Assembly (NCBI GenBank): GCA_963666125.1
Contig: OY762633.1
Location: 1,139,249-1,203,248 of the forward strand
Source of the DNA: Dehalococcoidia bacterium
Lineage (GTDB): Bacteria; Chloroflexota; Dehalococcoidia; Lucifugimonadales; CAJWER01
Length of the DNA stretch: 64,000 nucleotides
Direction of reading: 5' to 3'
Position 1 is the first letter of the stretch. Every line of letters begins with the position of its first letter. Of this stretch, positions 10,991 to 20,156 are shown piece after piece. A model generated the notes under the pieces. It was given only the letters and a program-made list of their open reading frames with translations. It did not search any database and was not told the DNA's origin. Position numbers and translations under genes: made by a program.

Positions 10991-11091
10991 CCACCCTCCC
11001 GCGTCACTGCAACGAAACCGCGCACCGTATTCGCCCAAATCCAGCACTGCCAGAGGCCGGATTCGCGCCAATGACAGGCGCGTCGGGCCAG

Positions 11092-11100
11092 TGTTATGAT
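11092..11100 (+). promoter_or_regulatory. Extended -10 element (TGTTATGAT) placed for a leaderless ABC-ATPase mRNA
   Basis: The -10 ends 6 nt before ATG 11107. No Shine-Dalgarno sequence lies in between. Confidence 0.3.
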
Positions 11101-11106
11101 TGGCGC

Positions 11107-12000
11107 ATGTCGTTCTTGCTGGAAGCGCAGGCGCTGACGAAGCACTACGGGGCGGTCGTCGCTCTCGATGGCGTGGACTTCCAGGTTGGGAAGGGCGTCA
11201 CGGGGCTGCTGGGGCCGAACGGCGCGGGCAAGAGCACGGCCATCAAGCTCTTCCTCGGGCTCATCGAGCCCACCTCCGGCTCGGCCCAGGTGCTGGGCGA
11301 GCGTCCCTACGAGTCGATAGAGGTCCGCGCCCGGCTCGGCTACATGCCGGAGCACGACTGCCTCCCGATGTCGCTGACGGCGTCGGAGTTCCTGACCCAC
11401 ATGGCCCAGGTGAGCGGCCTTCCTCCCGCCCACGCCCGGACACGCGCGGCGGACACGCTCCGGCACGTCGGGCTCGACGAGGAGCGCTACCGGTCGATAG
11501 GCGAGTACTCCACCGGCATGAAGCAGCGCGTCAAGCTCGCCCAGGCCCTCGTCCACGACCCGGTCCTGGTCCTGCTCGACGAGCCGACGGCCGGGCTGGA
11601 TCCCCTGGGACGCGAGGAGATGCTGGCCCTGATACGGCGCACCGGGAGCGAGTTCGGCATCAGCATCATGCTCTCGTCGCACCTGATGGGCGACGTGGAG
11701 AGCACCTGCGACAGGATCGTGGTGCTGGAGGGCGGCAGGGTGGTCGAGGACGACACCGTGTCGCACCTCACCCAGGAGACGGAGACCCTGTACGTGGAGG
11801 TGGACGACCGGCGCGACGAGCTTCTCGCCCTGATGCAACGCAACGGGCTCGACGCCAGCCTCGAAGGTATGTCGATCGTGATAGACGGCGTGGACGACGA
11901 GGGCTACGACACCGTCCGGGACGCCGTGGTCGAGTCCGGCGCGAGGCTGCGGCGTATGGCACCGCAGCGCCACCGTCTGACGGAGATATTCAGGAGATAG
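11107..12000 (+). CDS. ABC transporter ATP-binding protein
   Basis: Walker A GPNGAGKST, signature YSTGMKQR, Walker B LVLLDEPTAGLD. The track ORF starts at 10876 but homology begins at MSFLLEAQ. Confidence 0.9.
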   Translation: MSFLLEAQALTKHYGAVVALDGVDFQVGKGVTGLLGPNGAGKSTAIKLFLGLIEPTSGSAQVLGERPYESIEVRARLGYMPEHDCLPMSLTASEFLTHMAQVSGLPPAHARTRAADTLRHVGLDEERYRSIGEYSTGMKQRVKLAQALVHDPVLVLLDEPTAGLDPLGREEMLALIRRTGSEFGISIMLSSHLMGDVESTCDRIVVLEGGRVVEDDTVSHLTQETETLYVEVDDRRDELLALMQRNGLDASLEGMSIVIDGVDDEGYDTVRDAVVESGARLRRMAPQRHRLTEIFRR

Positions 12001-12003
12001 CGC

Positions 12004-12963
12004 TTGGCGGTTCAGCCCCGGGGCGAAGTCTACGACATCGGGTACCGGCATTACGAGGGGCCGCGCGAGGGCCGCGACCGCGCCCGCTTCGCCCTGTGGA
12101 CGAACGGCGTCCGCACCGCGCTGGGCTTGGGCCGCGGCACGCGCGCCAAGATCCTGCCGATACTGCTGTTCGCTTCGACCATGGTCCCGGCGGCGGTGTT
12201 CGTGCTCATGGCGTCCCTGGCGGAGGACTTCGGCGTGTCCGAGGTCGTAGACGTGCCGGGCCACGCCGACTACTACGACATCGTCTCGATTCTCGTGCTG
12301 GTATTCTCCGCGATCATCGCGCCGGAGCTTCTGTGCGCGGACAGGCGCAGCCAGGTGCTCCAGCTATACCTGGTGAGGCCGCTGACCCCGACGGACTACG
12401 TTGCGGGGCGCTGGCTGGCGTTCTTCACCATAGTGCTGGCGCTGGTCTACTCGGGCCAGATCGTGATGTTCGTCGGGTTCACCTTCGCGGCGCAGGAGCC
12501 CCTCGATTACATCCGGGAGAACTGGCTCGACGTGCCTCGATTCCTAGCGGCCGGGGCGGCGGTGGCCGTCTTCGTGACGACGATCCCGCTTGCCGTATCC
12601 GGCTTCACGGCCCGCAGGGCCTACGCCGCGGGATTCGTCATCGGCCTGTTCATCATATCCACATCGGCCGCAAACGCGCTCACCACCTGCACGGAACGCG
12701 AGATGCGTATCGAGAACGGTGTAACCGTCGTGGACCGCTGCGAGGCCGTTACGGGCAGGTGGGCCAAGTGGATCGGGCTTGCCGACTTCGGCAGCGTTCC
12801 CTCGTACGTCAGCGACAGGATCTTCGGCGAGGTCCCCGACTCTTCGGACGCGGTGCAGCAGGTGAACCAGCTCAATGAAGCCATCCCCATCGCATGGTAC
12901 ATCCTGCTGACGGCGGGGCCGGCCGCCATACTGCTGCGGCGCTACCAGAAGGCGGCGCTGTAG
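12004..12963 (+). CDS. ABC-2 type transporter permease (membrane protein)
   Basis: 319 aa with multiple hydrophobic helices, immediately downstream of the ATPase. TTG start. Confidence 0.6.
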   Translation: MAVQPRGEVYDIGYRHYEGPREGRDRARFALWTNGVRTALGLGRGTRAKILPILLFASTMVPAAVFVLMASLAEDFGVSEVVDVPGHADYYDIVSILVLVFSAIIAPELLCADRRSQVLQLYLVRPLTPTDYVAGRWLAFFTIVLALVYSGQIVMFVGFTFAAQEPLDYIRENWLDVPRFLAAGAAVAVFVTTIPLAVSGFTARRAYAAGFVIGLFIISTSAANALTTCTEREMRIENGVTVVDRCEAVTGRWAKWIGLADFGSVPSYVSDRIFGEVPDSSDAVQQVNQLNEAIPIAWYILLTAGPAAILLRRYQKAAL

Positions 12964-13874
12964 TGGCGTCCATATCGCTGCGTTCGGTCTCGAAGTGGTA
13001 CGGCAACGTGGTCGCGGTCAACGACGTGTCGCTGGAGGTGGAGCCGGGCATCACGGGGCTGCTTGGCCCGAACGGCGCGGGCAAGACGACGGTGCTGCAC
13101 ATGATGGCCGGTCTCGCCGGCTGCTCGGAGGGTGAGATCGAGGTGCTGGGCCAGCCGACGCGCGACAACCCCGACCTGTACCGCAGGCTCGGCATGATGT
13201 CGGAGCGCGAGGCGGTCTACCACTTCTACAGCGGGCGCAAGTTCGTCGAGCTGGCGGCGAGGCTCCACGGCCTCGCCGACGCCGCGTCCGCAGTCGACAG
13301 GGCCATAGAGTACGTGGGGCTATCGGAGGTGCAGGGCCGCTCCCTGGGCACCTACTCCCGGGGGATGAGGCAGCGCATGAGACTGGCGGCGTCCCTCGTC
13401 CACGACCCGGAGGTGCTGCTGCTGGACGAGCCGCTGAACGGCACCGACCCGCGCCAGCGAATCGAGTTCCACGACATGATGAGGCGGCTGGCGTCGGAGG
13501 GCAGGACGATCCTGATCTCGTCCCACATCCTGGAGGAGGTGGAGACGGTCGCCGACCGCCACCTGCTCATGGTGAGCGGCAAGCTGGCGGCGTCCGGGGA
13601 CTTCCGCGCGATCCGCGAGAAGCTGGACGAGCAGCCGTACAAGGTGCGCATCCTCTGCGAGGAGCCTCGGTCGATGGCGTCGGCGTTGATGCGCCTGGAG
13701 TCGGTGGAGTCGGTATCGATGGACGACGGGGCCGTGCTGGTTCTCAGCCGAAACGTGGCAGCGCTCCAGAGGGCCGTGCCGCTGACGGCCAGGGAGATGG
13801 GGCTCCGCCTCCTGCGGGTCGAGCCCATGGACGAGTCGCTGGAGAGCGTCTTCAGCTACGTGGTGGAGGGGTAG
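12963..13874 (+). CDS. ABC transporter ATP-binding protein (second copy)
   Basis: Walker A GPNGAGKTT, signature YSRGMRQR, Walker B VLLLDEPLNGTD. GTG 12963 overlaps the upstream stop. Confidence 0.9.
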   Translation: MASISLRSVSKWYGNVVAVNDVSLEVEPGITGLLGPNGAGKTTVLHMMAGLAGCSEGEIEVLGQPTRDNPDLYRRLGMMSEREAVYHFYSGRKFVELAARLHGLADAASAVDRAIEYVGLSEVQGRSLGTYSRGMRQRMRLAASLVHDPEVLLLDEPLNGTDPRQRIEFHDMMRRLASEGRTILISSHILEEVETVADRHLLMVSGKLAASGDFRAIREKLDEQPYKVRILCEEPRSMASALMRLESVESVSMDDGAVLVLSRNVAALQRAVPLTAREMGLRLLRVEPMDESLESVFSYVVEG

Positions 13875-13876
13875 GC

Positions 13877-14611
13877 TTGGGGCCGATCTTCCAGCTATCC
13901 ATGCGCCAGCTAACCGGGAAGTGGCGTCTCGCGATCATAATCCTCGTGGCGGCCATACCGGTCGCCGTGGCGCTGGCGTTCCGTATCACAGGAGACGCGG
14001 GCGACAGGTCGGCGAACGACATCCAGGACGCCGCCAGGGTGTTCCTGGACGGGATGATCGTCGCCGCAGTGCTGCCCATCGTCGTCATGACCTTCGCCAC
14101 GGCCAGCTTCGGAAACGAGGTCGAGGACGGCACGCTGGGCTACCTGGTGCTGAACCCCGTCTCCCGGTGGTCGATTGCCCTGGGGAAGATTCTTGCCCCG
14201 GTCGCGATAGCGGCCCCTGTGCTGATCGTAAGCGGCATCGCCGTCACGCTGATAGGGCTGGACGGCGACGCCCGAACGGCTGCGGCCGTCGGAGTTGGCC
14301 TCTTCGCCGGCGTCGTGGGCTACTCGGTGATATTCGCGTGGCTGGGCCTCGTGACCAACCACCCGTTGGGGTTCGCATTGGTGTACGTGTTCCTCTGGGA
14401 GGGCCTGCTCAGCTCGCTGCTGGGAGGCATACGGTACCTGAGCATACGCGCGTACACCCTGACGCTGATGGAAGGCATCGACGACTCGCGGCTGGACGCC
14501 TTCCAGGAGCTGACGATTGAGCTGCCGGCGGCCATAGCGGGCGTAGTGTTGGTGTCGGCAGCCTTCTACTGGCTGACGGTGCGCCGCCTGCGCCGCATGG
14601 ACGTGCCCTAG
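13877..14611 (+). CDS. ABC-2 type transporter permease (second copy)
   Basis: 244 aa, about 6 TM segments, TTG start 2 nt after the ATPase stop. Confidence 0.6.
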   Translation: MGPIFQLSMRQLTGKWRLAIIILVAAIPVAVALAFRITGDAGDRSANDIQDAARVFLDGMIVAAVLPIVVMTFATASFGNEVEDGTLGYLVLNPVSRWSIALGKILAPVAIAAPVLIVSGIAVTLIGLDGDARTAAAVGVGLFAGVVGYSVIFAWLGLVTNHPLGFALVYVFLWEGLLSSLLGGIRYLSIRAYTLTLMEGIDDSRLDAFQELTIELPAAIAGVVLVSAAFYWLTVRRLRRMDVP

Positions 14612-14728
14612 ACTGGACACGCAAGGGGGCGTTGGGTAGTATTGCGCCCAATAACCCGGAGCCGCTCCACAGGCCCTGAACGGCTTCGGGCACGAATCCA
14701 CCAGAACAATCAGGTTCGTATCTGCGAG

Positions 14729-14744
14729 CAAGCCGTACGGCTTG
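14729..14744. promoter_or_regulatory. Perfect 16-bp palindrome upstream of the MoxR operon (candidate operator)
   Basis: CAAGCCGTACGGCTTG, 22 nt upstream of the TTG start and just before AAAGGAG. Confidence 0.25.
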
Positions 14745-14766
14745 TGTCGACTAAAGGAGCAATGAG

Positions 14767-15738
14767 TTGCAGGCAGTTGAGGTCGAAAGAGGCGAAGCCA
14801 ACCGGATAGTAGACAACATCAACAGGGTCATCATAGGCAAGGAAGCGTCGGTCGAACTCGCGGTCGTCGCCCTGGTATGCCAGGGGCACATCCTGATCGA
14901 GGACGTACCGGGCGTGGGCAAGACGATGCTGGCCCGCAGCCTCGCCAGGTCGACGGGGTGCGACTACAGCCGGATCCAGTTCACGCCCGACCTGCTGCCC
15001 AGCGACATCACCGGGGTGTCGATCTACAACCAGAAGTCGGGCGACTTCGAGTTCAAGCAGGGACCCGTGCTGGCGCAGATCGTGCTGGCCGACGAGATAA
15101 ACAGAGCGACCCCCAAGACCCAGTCGGCGCTGCTTGAGGCCATGGACGAGCGCCAGGTGACCGTCGAAGGCGTGACCCACCCGCTGCCCAGGCCCTTCAT
15201 GGTGATGGCCACCCAGAACCCCATCGAGTACGAGGGGACCTTCCCGCTGCCCGAGGCCCAGCTGGACCGCTTCTTCCTCAAAGTCGAGCTTGGCTACCCT
15301 ACCATGGAGGAGGAGCTCGCCATCGTCACGAGCCAGGAGAGGGCCCATCCCATCGACTCGCTGGAGTCCGTCGTGAACGAGGACGACATCGTCAACGTGC
15401 AGGAGGCGGTCAAGGACGTGTACGTCGACGACCTGATCCGCCAGTACGTGGTGTCCGTCGTGGATGCGACGCGCGAGCACGAGGACATCTCCCTGGGCAG
15501 CTCGCCGCGCGGGTCCCTGTCCATGTTCAGGGGGGCGCAGGCGCTGGCGATGATCCGGGGACGCGACTACGTACTGCCGGACGACGTCAAGGAGCTGGCC
15601 GTGCCGATGCTGGCGCACCGCATAATCGCCTCGGCATCGGCCAGGATGCGGGGCGCCACGGCCGAGAGCATCGTGGCCAAGCTGGTCGAGGACATGCCGG
15701 TCCCGGGAGCGCAGGCTCGGGGCTGGCTCCGGGGGTAG
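14767..15738 (+). CDS. MoxR-family AAA+ ATPase
   Basis: Walker A EDVPGVGKT, Walker B LADEINRATPKTQSALLEAM, and the MoxR-type C-terminal lid. Confidence 0.92.
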   Translation: MQAVEVERGEANRIVDNINRVIIGKEASVELAVVALVCQGHILIEDVPGVGKTMLARSLARSTGCDYSRIQFTPDLLPSDITGVSIYNQKSGDFEFKQGPVLAQIVLADEINRATPKTQSALLEAMDERQVTVEGVTHPLPRPFMVMATQNPIEYEGTFPLPEAQLDRFFLKVELGYPTMEEELAIVTSQERAHPIDSLESVVNEDDIVNVQEAVKDVYVDDLIRQYVVSVVDATREHEDISLGSSPRGSLSMFRGAQALAMIRGRDYVLPDDVKELAVPMLAHRIIASASARMRGATAESIVAKLVEDMPVPGAQARGWLRG

Positions 15739-15747
15739 GCGGCAAGG

Positions 15748-17004
15748 ATGAACCTAGGCGTTAGACCCAGGGCGAGGTTCTACCTGATCGTCGTGCTCGC
15801 GGTCGTAACGACCGTGACCGGCATGGCGACGGGATTCGGCCTCTTCTACAGACTCCTCTACCTGCTGATCGGGACTGCCATCGTCGGCTACTTCTGGAAC
15901 TGGCTGTCCATGCGCAGGCTGGGCGCGAGCGCGGAGCGCGGCACGCGCCAGGCGCTCGTGGGCGACCTGCTGAAAGAGGAGATCACGATCAGGAACGACA
16001 GCCACGTGCCCAAGCACGCCCTGGAAGTCCGGGACCTTACGAACATGCCCGGCCACTCCGGGGGAAACGTGGTGAGCCTGTACGGCGGCAACTCCCAGAC
16101 GTGGCCGCTGGAGATACGCGCCCGCAAGAGGGGCGCATATTCGGTCGGCCCCGTCGAAGTCGCGAACGGCGACCCGTTCGGGCTGTTCAGGCGGGAGCGC
16201 CGGTTCGGCGAGGCCGAGGAAGTGCTGATATTCCCCAGGACCCACAGCCTGCCGGAGTTCGAGATACCGCCGGCCGACATCAGCGGCGACAGCTCGGTGC
16301 GCAGGCGCAGCCACACGGTTACGCCCCACGCATCCTCGGTCAGGGAGTACGCGCCAGGCGACAGCCTCAGCCGCGTTCATTGGGCCAGCTCCGCGAAGAT
16401 GGGGAAGCTGATGTCCAAGGAGTTCGACCTCGGCCGGGCCGCCGAGGTCTGGGTGCTGGTCGACCTGGAGCAGGGCATCCACGCCGGCGAGCTGGAGGAG
16501 AGCACGGACGAGTACGCCGTCTCCATAGGGGCCTCGCTGGCGAAGCGGTACCTGGAGGCCAACCTGCCGGTTGGCCTGCTGGCGTACGGGGACAAGCGCT
16601 ACTTCCTGGCGGCCGAAACGGGCACGGGCCAGTACCAGAGGATCATGGAGTATCTAGCACTGAGCAAGGCCGAGGGCAGCACACCGCTGGAGGACAACCT
16701 CCCCCAGGACGAGCCCCTGTGGACCCACCTGAGCACGGTCATAGTAATCACGTCGTCGCCCCGCATCGAGTGGACTACGGCGCTGAGGGCCATGATGCGG
16801 CGCGGCATAAAGCTCGTGGTCGTGCTGGTGGACGCGGCGTCGTTCGGGGCGGACTTCGAGACCACGGAGGTCCTGGGCCCACTTGCCGAGAGCGGTCTGG
16901 CCGCATATGTGGTGCGAAAGGGCGACGACATTTCGACCGCGCTTGGTAGCGGGCGCTGGGTCAGAGGCCCGCAGCCCGGGATAGCCGCGGCGGTGGAAGC
17001 ATGA
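15748..17004 (+). CDS. DUF58 domain protein (vWA-like MoxR partner) with N-terminal TM helices
   Basis: VREYAPGDSLSRVHWASSAK is the DUF58 signature. Canonical position after moxR. Confidence 0.85.
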   Translation: MNLGVRPRARFYLIVVLAVVTTVTGMATGFGLFYRLLYLLIGTAIVGYFWNWLSMRRLGASAERGTRQALVGDLLKEEITIRNDSHVPKHALEVRDLTNMPGHSGGNVVSLYGGNSQTWPLEIRARKRGAYSVGPVEVANGDPFGLFRRERRFGEAEEVLIFPRTHSLPEFEIPPADISGDSSVRRRSHTVTPHASSVREYAPGDSLSRVHWASSAKMGKLMSKEFDLGRAAEVWVLVDLEQGIHAGELEESTDEYAVSIGASLAKRYLEANLPVGLLAYGDKRYFLAAETGTGQYQRIMEYLALSKAEGSTPLEDNLPQDEPLWTHLSTVIVITSSPRIEWTTALRAMMRRGIKLVVVLVDAASFGADFETTEVLGPLAESGLAAYVVRKGDDISTALGSGRWVRGPQPGIAAAVEA

Positions 17005-19580
17005 GCACCGCGGACGTAGCCGTAGGGCTCCCCGCCGCCGAGAGCGGATACCCCGAGCGCGGCCCCCTGCTCAGGTTCGTGCAGCGGTACACCCCGGCCC
17101 AGGGGTGGGACACGTTCCTTCTCATACTCGGCGCGGCTGTCATCACAGGCTTCACGGTCCTGGAGGCCGACTGGGTGGAGACTCCCGGGCTTCTCGCGCT
17201 GATCGTCTGGTCGAGCGTCACGGGGCTCGTGCTGGCCAAGATACGGCTGCCGTGGCCCATTCTCCACGCCGCCGGCCTTGGCCTGGGACTCGTGGCCGTG
17301 CTGTGGCAGGCCTCCACTCTCGCCGACGCCCGCGACATCGGACGGCTCGGCGAGGTCTGGGAGCGGCTTGCCGAATGGTACGCCGCCGCAACTTCAGGCG
17401 GCATCAGCACGGATCTGTTGCCGTTCTCCCTGGTGCTTCTCTCCCTGGCCTGGGTGCTTGGCTACGCGAGCACCTGGTTCCTGTTCAGGTCGAACAACAT
17501 ATGGGTCGGCCTGGTGCTGTGCGGCGTGGCCATACTGACCAACCTCAGCTTCCTGCCCGAGGGATTCGAGACGCGGTTCTTCGCTTTCATCTTCCTGGCC
17601 ATGCTCCTGGTGATCAGGATGACGTACGTGCAGCGGCTCGCCGACTGGCGCGAGGGTGGGTTCAGCTTCATGGCCACCGGGCGCTGGCTCTCCATACAGG
17701 TCGGCGTGGGCCTGTGCGTGGTCGTCGTGCTGGCCACGGCGCTGCTGCCTCTCAACGTGTACGTCTGGAGGACTGCCGTAGACATATGGAATGCCGCGCG
17801 CTCCCCCATAGGGAACATGGAGGACGAGTTCGCCCGCCTATTCTCGCCCATCGCGTCGCGCAAGGACGTGGCGGGACGCTACTTCGGCGACACCCTGGCC
17901 TTCAAGGGCCCCGTCTCCCTGGGCGGCGATATCGTCATGCAGGCGAGGTCGGAGTACCCGGCCTACTGGCTCAACCGCACCTACAGCGAGTACACGCCGC
18001 AGGGCTGGATCGCGGGAGACCGCGAAAACACGGCGGTCGGCCCGAACGGCCTCCCGCCCCCTCCCCACGAGTCCTTCAAGAGGACGGAGGTGAACCAGAC
18101 TGTCATCGTGCAATTCGACACGAACAACCTCTGGATGGGCGGTAACGTCGAGTGGATCAGCCGGGACGCGATAGTGGAGACCCTGAAGCCCAAGAGCTTC
18201 ACGATAGACATTCGGGGTACCGACGACCGGGGCCTGCCCGAAGACGTAAGAACCATAGCCCAGGACCTGAGGCGCATGCTGAACCCGCTCAGCACCGTAT
18301 TCGTGGAGGCGGAGATAGCCCAGATGCTGCCCCAGGACCTGTCGCTGGTCGGCGTCTCGCCCGGCATCGAGGCCACGAACAGGACCAGGATCGATACGGT
18401 GACCATCGCCCGCAAGGAGCCTACCATCCCCGACGTGGTCGGCTGGCGTACGCAGAACCGCCTCAATGAGGGCCAGTCGTACTCGATGACCGGCTACGTC
18501 TCCCTCGCGACGGTCGAAGAGCTTCGCGAGGCCCCCGCGGTGTACGGCGGCTACATGAAGGACCACTACCTTCAGCTTCCCGCGGACCTGCCCCAGCGGG
18601 TCCGCGACTTCGCGGCTGAGGTGACCGCGGGCGCGGACAATCCGATGGACATGGCCCTTGCGGTCCAGGACTACCTCAGGAGCGACGCCTTCGAGTACAC
18701 CCAGGACATAGAGAGGCCCCCAAGGGGCGCAGACGGCGTGGACCACTTCCTCTTCAACACCAGGGCCGGGTACAGCGACTACTACGCGTCCTCGATGGCG
18801 GTGATCATGAGGGCGTCCGGGGTGCCGGCCAGGCTCGCGGCCGGCTATGCCCCGGGAGTAGATATCGAGGGAACCGACTTCCGGGCCGTCAAGGACGCCG
18901 ACAGCCATAGCTGGGTGCAGGTCTACTTCCCCGGACACGGGTGGATCGACTTCGAGCCCACGCCCGCCTGGCCGCTCCAGCCGAGGGGCGAGGCCCTGGT
19001 GGAAGAAGAGGCCGCGGCCCTGGTGGAGGAAGAACAACCCGCCGAGGGCTCCGGCAACCCGGCCGTGGAGGACCCCTGCCTTGGCATCGTGGACGAGGAC
19101 GAGGCCTTCATGCTGGAGGACGAGGACTGCATCGGGGACATAGACAGGCCCGAGGGCCAGCCGCGCTCGTCGTCACTGGCATCCGGGCTGGAGCTCAGCC
19201 TGCGCATGGCCGCCATAGCGGCGGCCGCCGCCGTCCTGGCCCTGCTGGCGTGGGGCGTCTGGAGGCTCGGCTTCGCCGGGTCCGTATACCCCGAAACCCT
19301 GTACAAGAAGATGGGAAGGCTCGGCAAGCTCGCGGGAGTCCCGAGGCGCCCCCACCAGACACCCAACGAGTACGGCAGCGCCATAGCCGCCGCAGTGCCC
19401 TCGGCATCCGACGCCGCCATGGCGGTGACGGCGGCCTTCTCGGCCCAGCGCTACGGCAACCATGAACCTTCGGAGGATCACGGGCAGGAGCTCGCCCGGC
19501 TCTGGAGATCCCTGAGAGGCGGACTGACCGGGCGGGCCTTCAGGCGGCTCCTGCCCATGGGAGGCGAACCCGTAGCATGA
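17001..19580 (+). CDS. Transglutaminase-like domain membrane protein (TgpA-like)
   Basis: 859 aa. N-terminal multi-TM region, transglutaminase core (GYSDYYASSMAVIMRASGVPARL...DSHSWVQVYFPGHGWIDFEPTP), and a C-terminal TM plus DUF4129-like tail. Confidence 0.85.
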   Translation: MSTADVAVGLPAAESGYPERGPLLRFVQRYTPAQGWDTFLLILGAAVITGFTVLEADWVETPGLLALIVWSSVTGLVLAKIRLPWPILHAAGLGLGLVAVLWQASTLADARDIGRLGEVWERLAEWYAAATSGGISTDLLPFSLVLLSLAWVLGYASTWFLFRSNNIWVGLVLCGVAILTNLSFLPEGFETRFFAFIFLAMLLVIRMTYVQRLADWREGGFSFMATGRWLSIQVGVGLCVVVVLATALLPLNVYVWRTAVDIWNAARSPIGNMEDEFARLFSPIASRKDVAGRYFGDTLAFKGPVSLGGDIVMQARSEYPAYWLNRTYSEYTPQGWIAGDRENTAVGPNGLPPPPHESFKRTEVNQTVIVQFDTNNLWMGGNVEWISRDAIVETLKPKSFTIDIRGTDDRGLPEDVRTIAQDLRRMLNPLSTVFVEAEIAQMLPQDLSLVGVSPGIEATNRTRIDTVTIARKEPTIPDVVGWRTQNRLNEGQSYSMTGYVSLATVEELREAPAVYGGYMKDHYLQLPADLPQRVRDFAAEVTAGADNPMDMALAVQDYLRSDAFEYTQDIERPPRGADGVDHFLFNTRAGYSDYYASSMAVIMRASGVPARLAAGYAPGVDIEGTDFRAVKDADSHSWVQVYFPGHGWIDFEPTPAWPLQPRGEALVEEEAAALVEEEQPAEGSGNPAVEDPCLGIVDEDEAFMLEDEDCIGDIDRPEGQPRSSSLASGLELSLRMAAIAAAAAVLALLAWGVWRLGFAGSVYPETLYKKMGRLGKLAGVPRRPHQTPNEYGSAIAAAVPSASDAAMAVTAAFSAQRYGNHEPSEDHGQELARLWRSLRGGLTGRAFRRLLPMGGEPVA

Positions 19581-20095
19581 GCGAACTCGTCTTCGACATA
19601 TTCGAGACGCCGTTCGGCTGGGTGGGCGCCGCCGCATCCGAGCGCGGCCTCCGCCGCACGACGCTCCCCCAGGAGTCTCCGGACGAGTGCGCCGCCATCC
19701 TGGATGGGTACGCCGAGGGAGCAAAGCAGGACCCCGGTCGCTTCTCCGGCCTGGTCGAACTGCTGTCACAGTACTTCGAGGGGGCCGCCGTGGATTTTGC
19801 CAGCCAGCCCCTAGACGTGGGAGATGCGCCGGCGTTCCAGCAGGCCGCGTGGACGGCGTGCATGACGATACCGTACGGCGAGACGCGCCCGTACAAGTGG
19901 CTCGCCGCCCGCGCGGGGCGCCCCAGCGCGCCCAGGGCCGCCGGACAGTCGATGGCCCGGAACAGGCTGCCCCTTGTAGTACCGTGCCACCGGGTGGTCG
20001 CGAGCGACGGCAGCCTGCGCGGCTTCGGAAGGGGCTCAGTGCAGCTGGATCTCAAGCAGCGCCTGCTCGACCTGGAGTCCGGGCGCCTGCTCTAG
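19577..20095 (+). CDS. ogt: Methylated-DNA--protein-cysteine methyltransferase
   Basis: Active-site PCHRVV and the YGETRPY...A helix-turn-helix region. Start overlaps the upstream stop (ATGA). Confidence 0.9.
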   Translation: MSELVFDIFETPFGWVGAAASERGLRRTTLPQESPDECAAILDGYAEGAKQDPGRFSGLVELLSQYFEGAAVDFASQPLDVGDAPAFQQAAWTACMTIPYGETRPYKWLAARAGRPSAPRAAGQSMARNRLPLVVPCHRVVASDGSLRGFGRGSVQLDLKQRLLDLESGRLL

Positions 20096-20156
20096 ACCGC
20101 CGGGCGCGCGACCCCGGTACCGCCTCGAAGGCACGATCACGAGGTACGAAGCTCCC

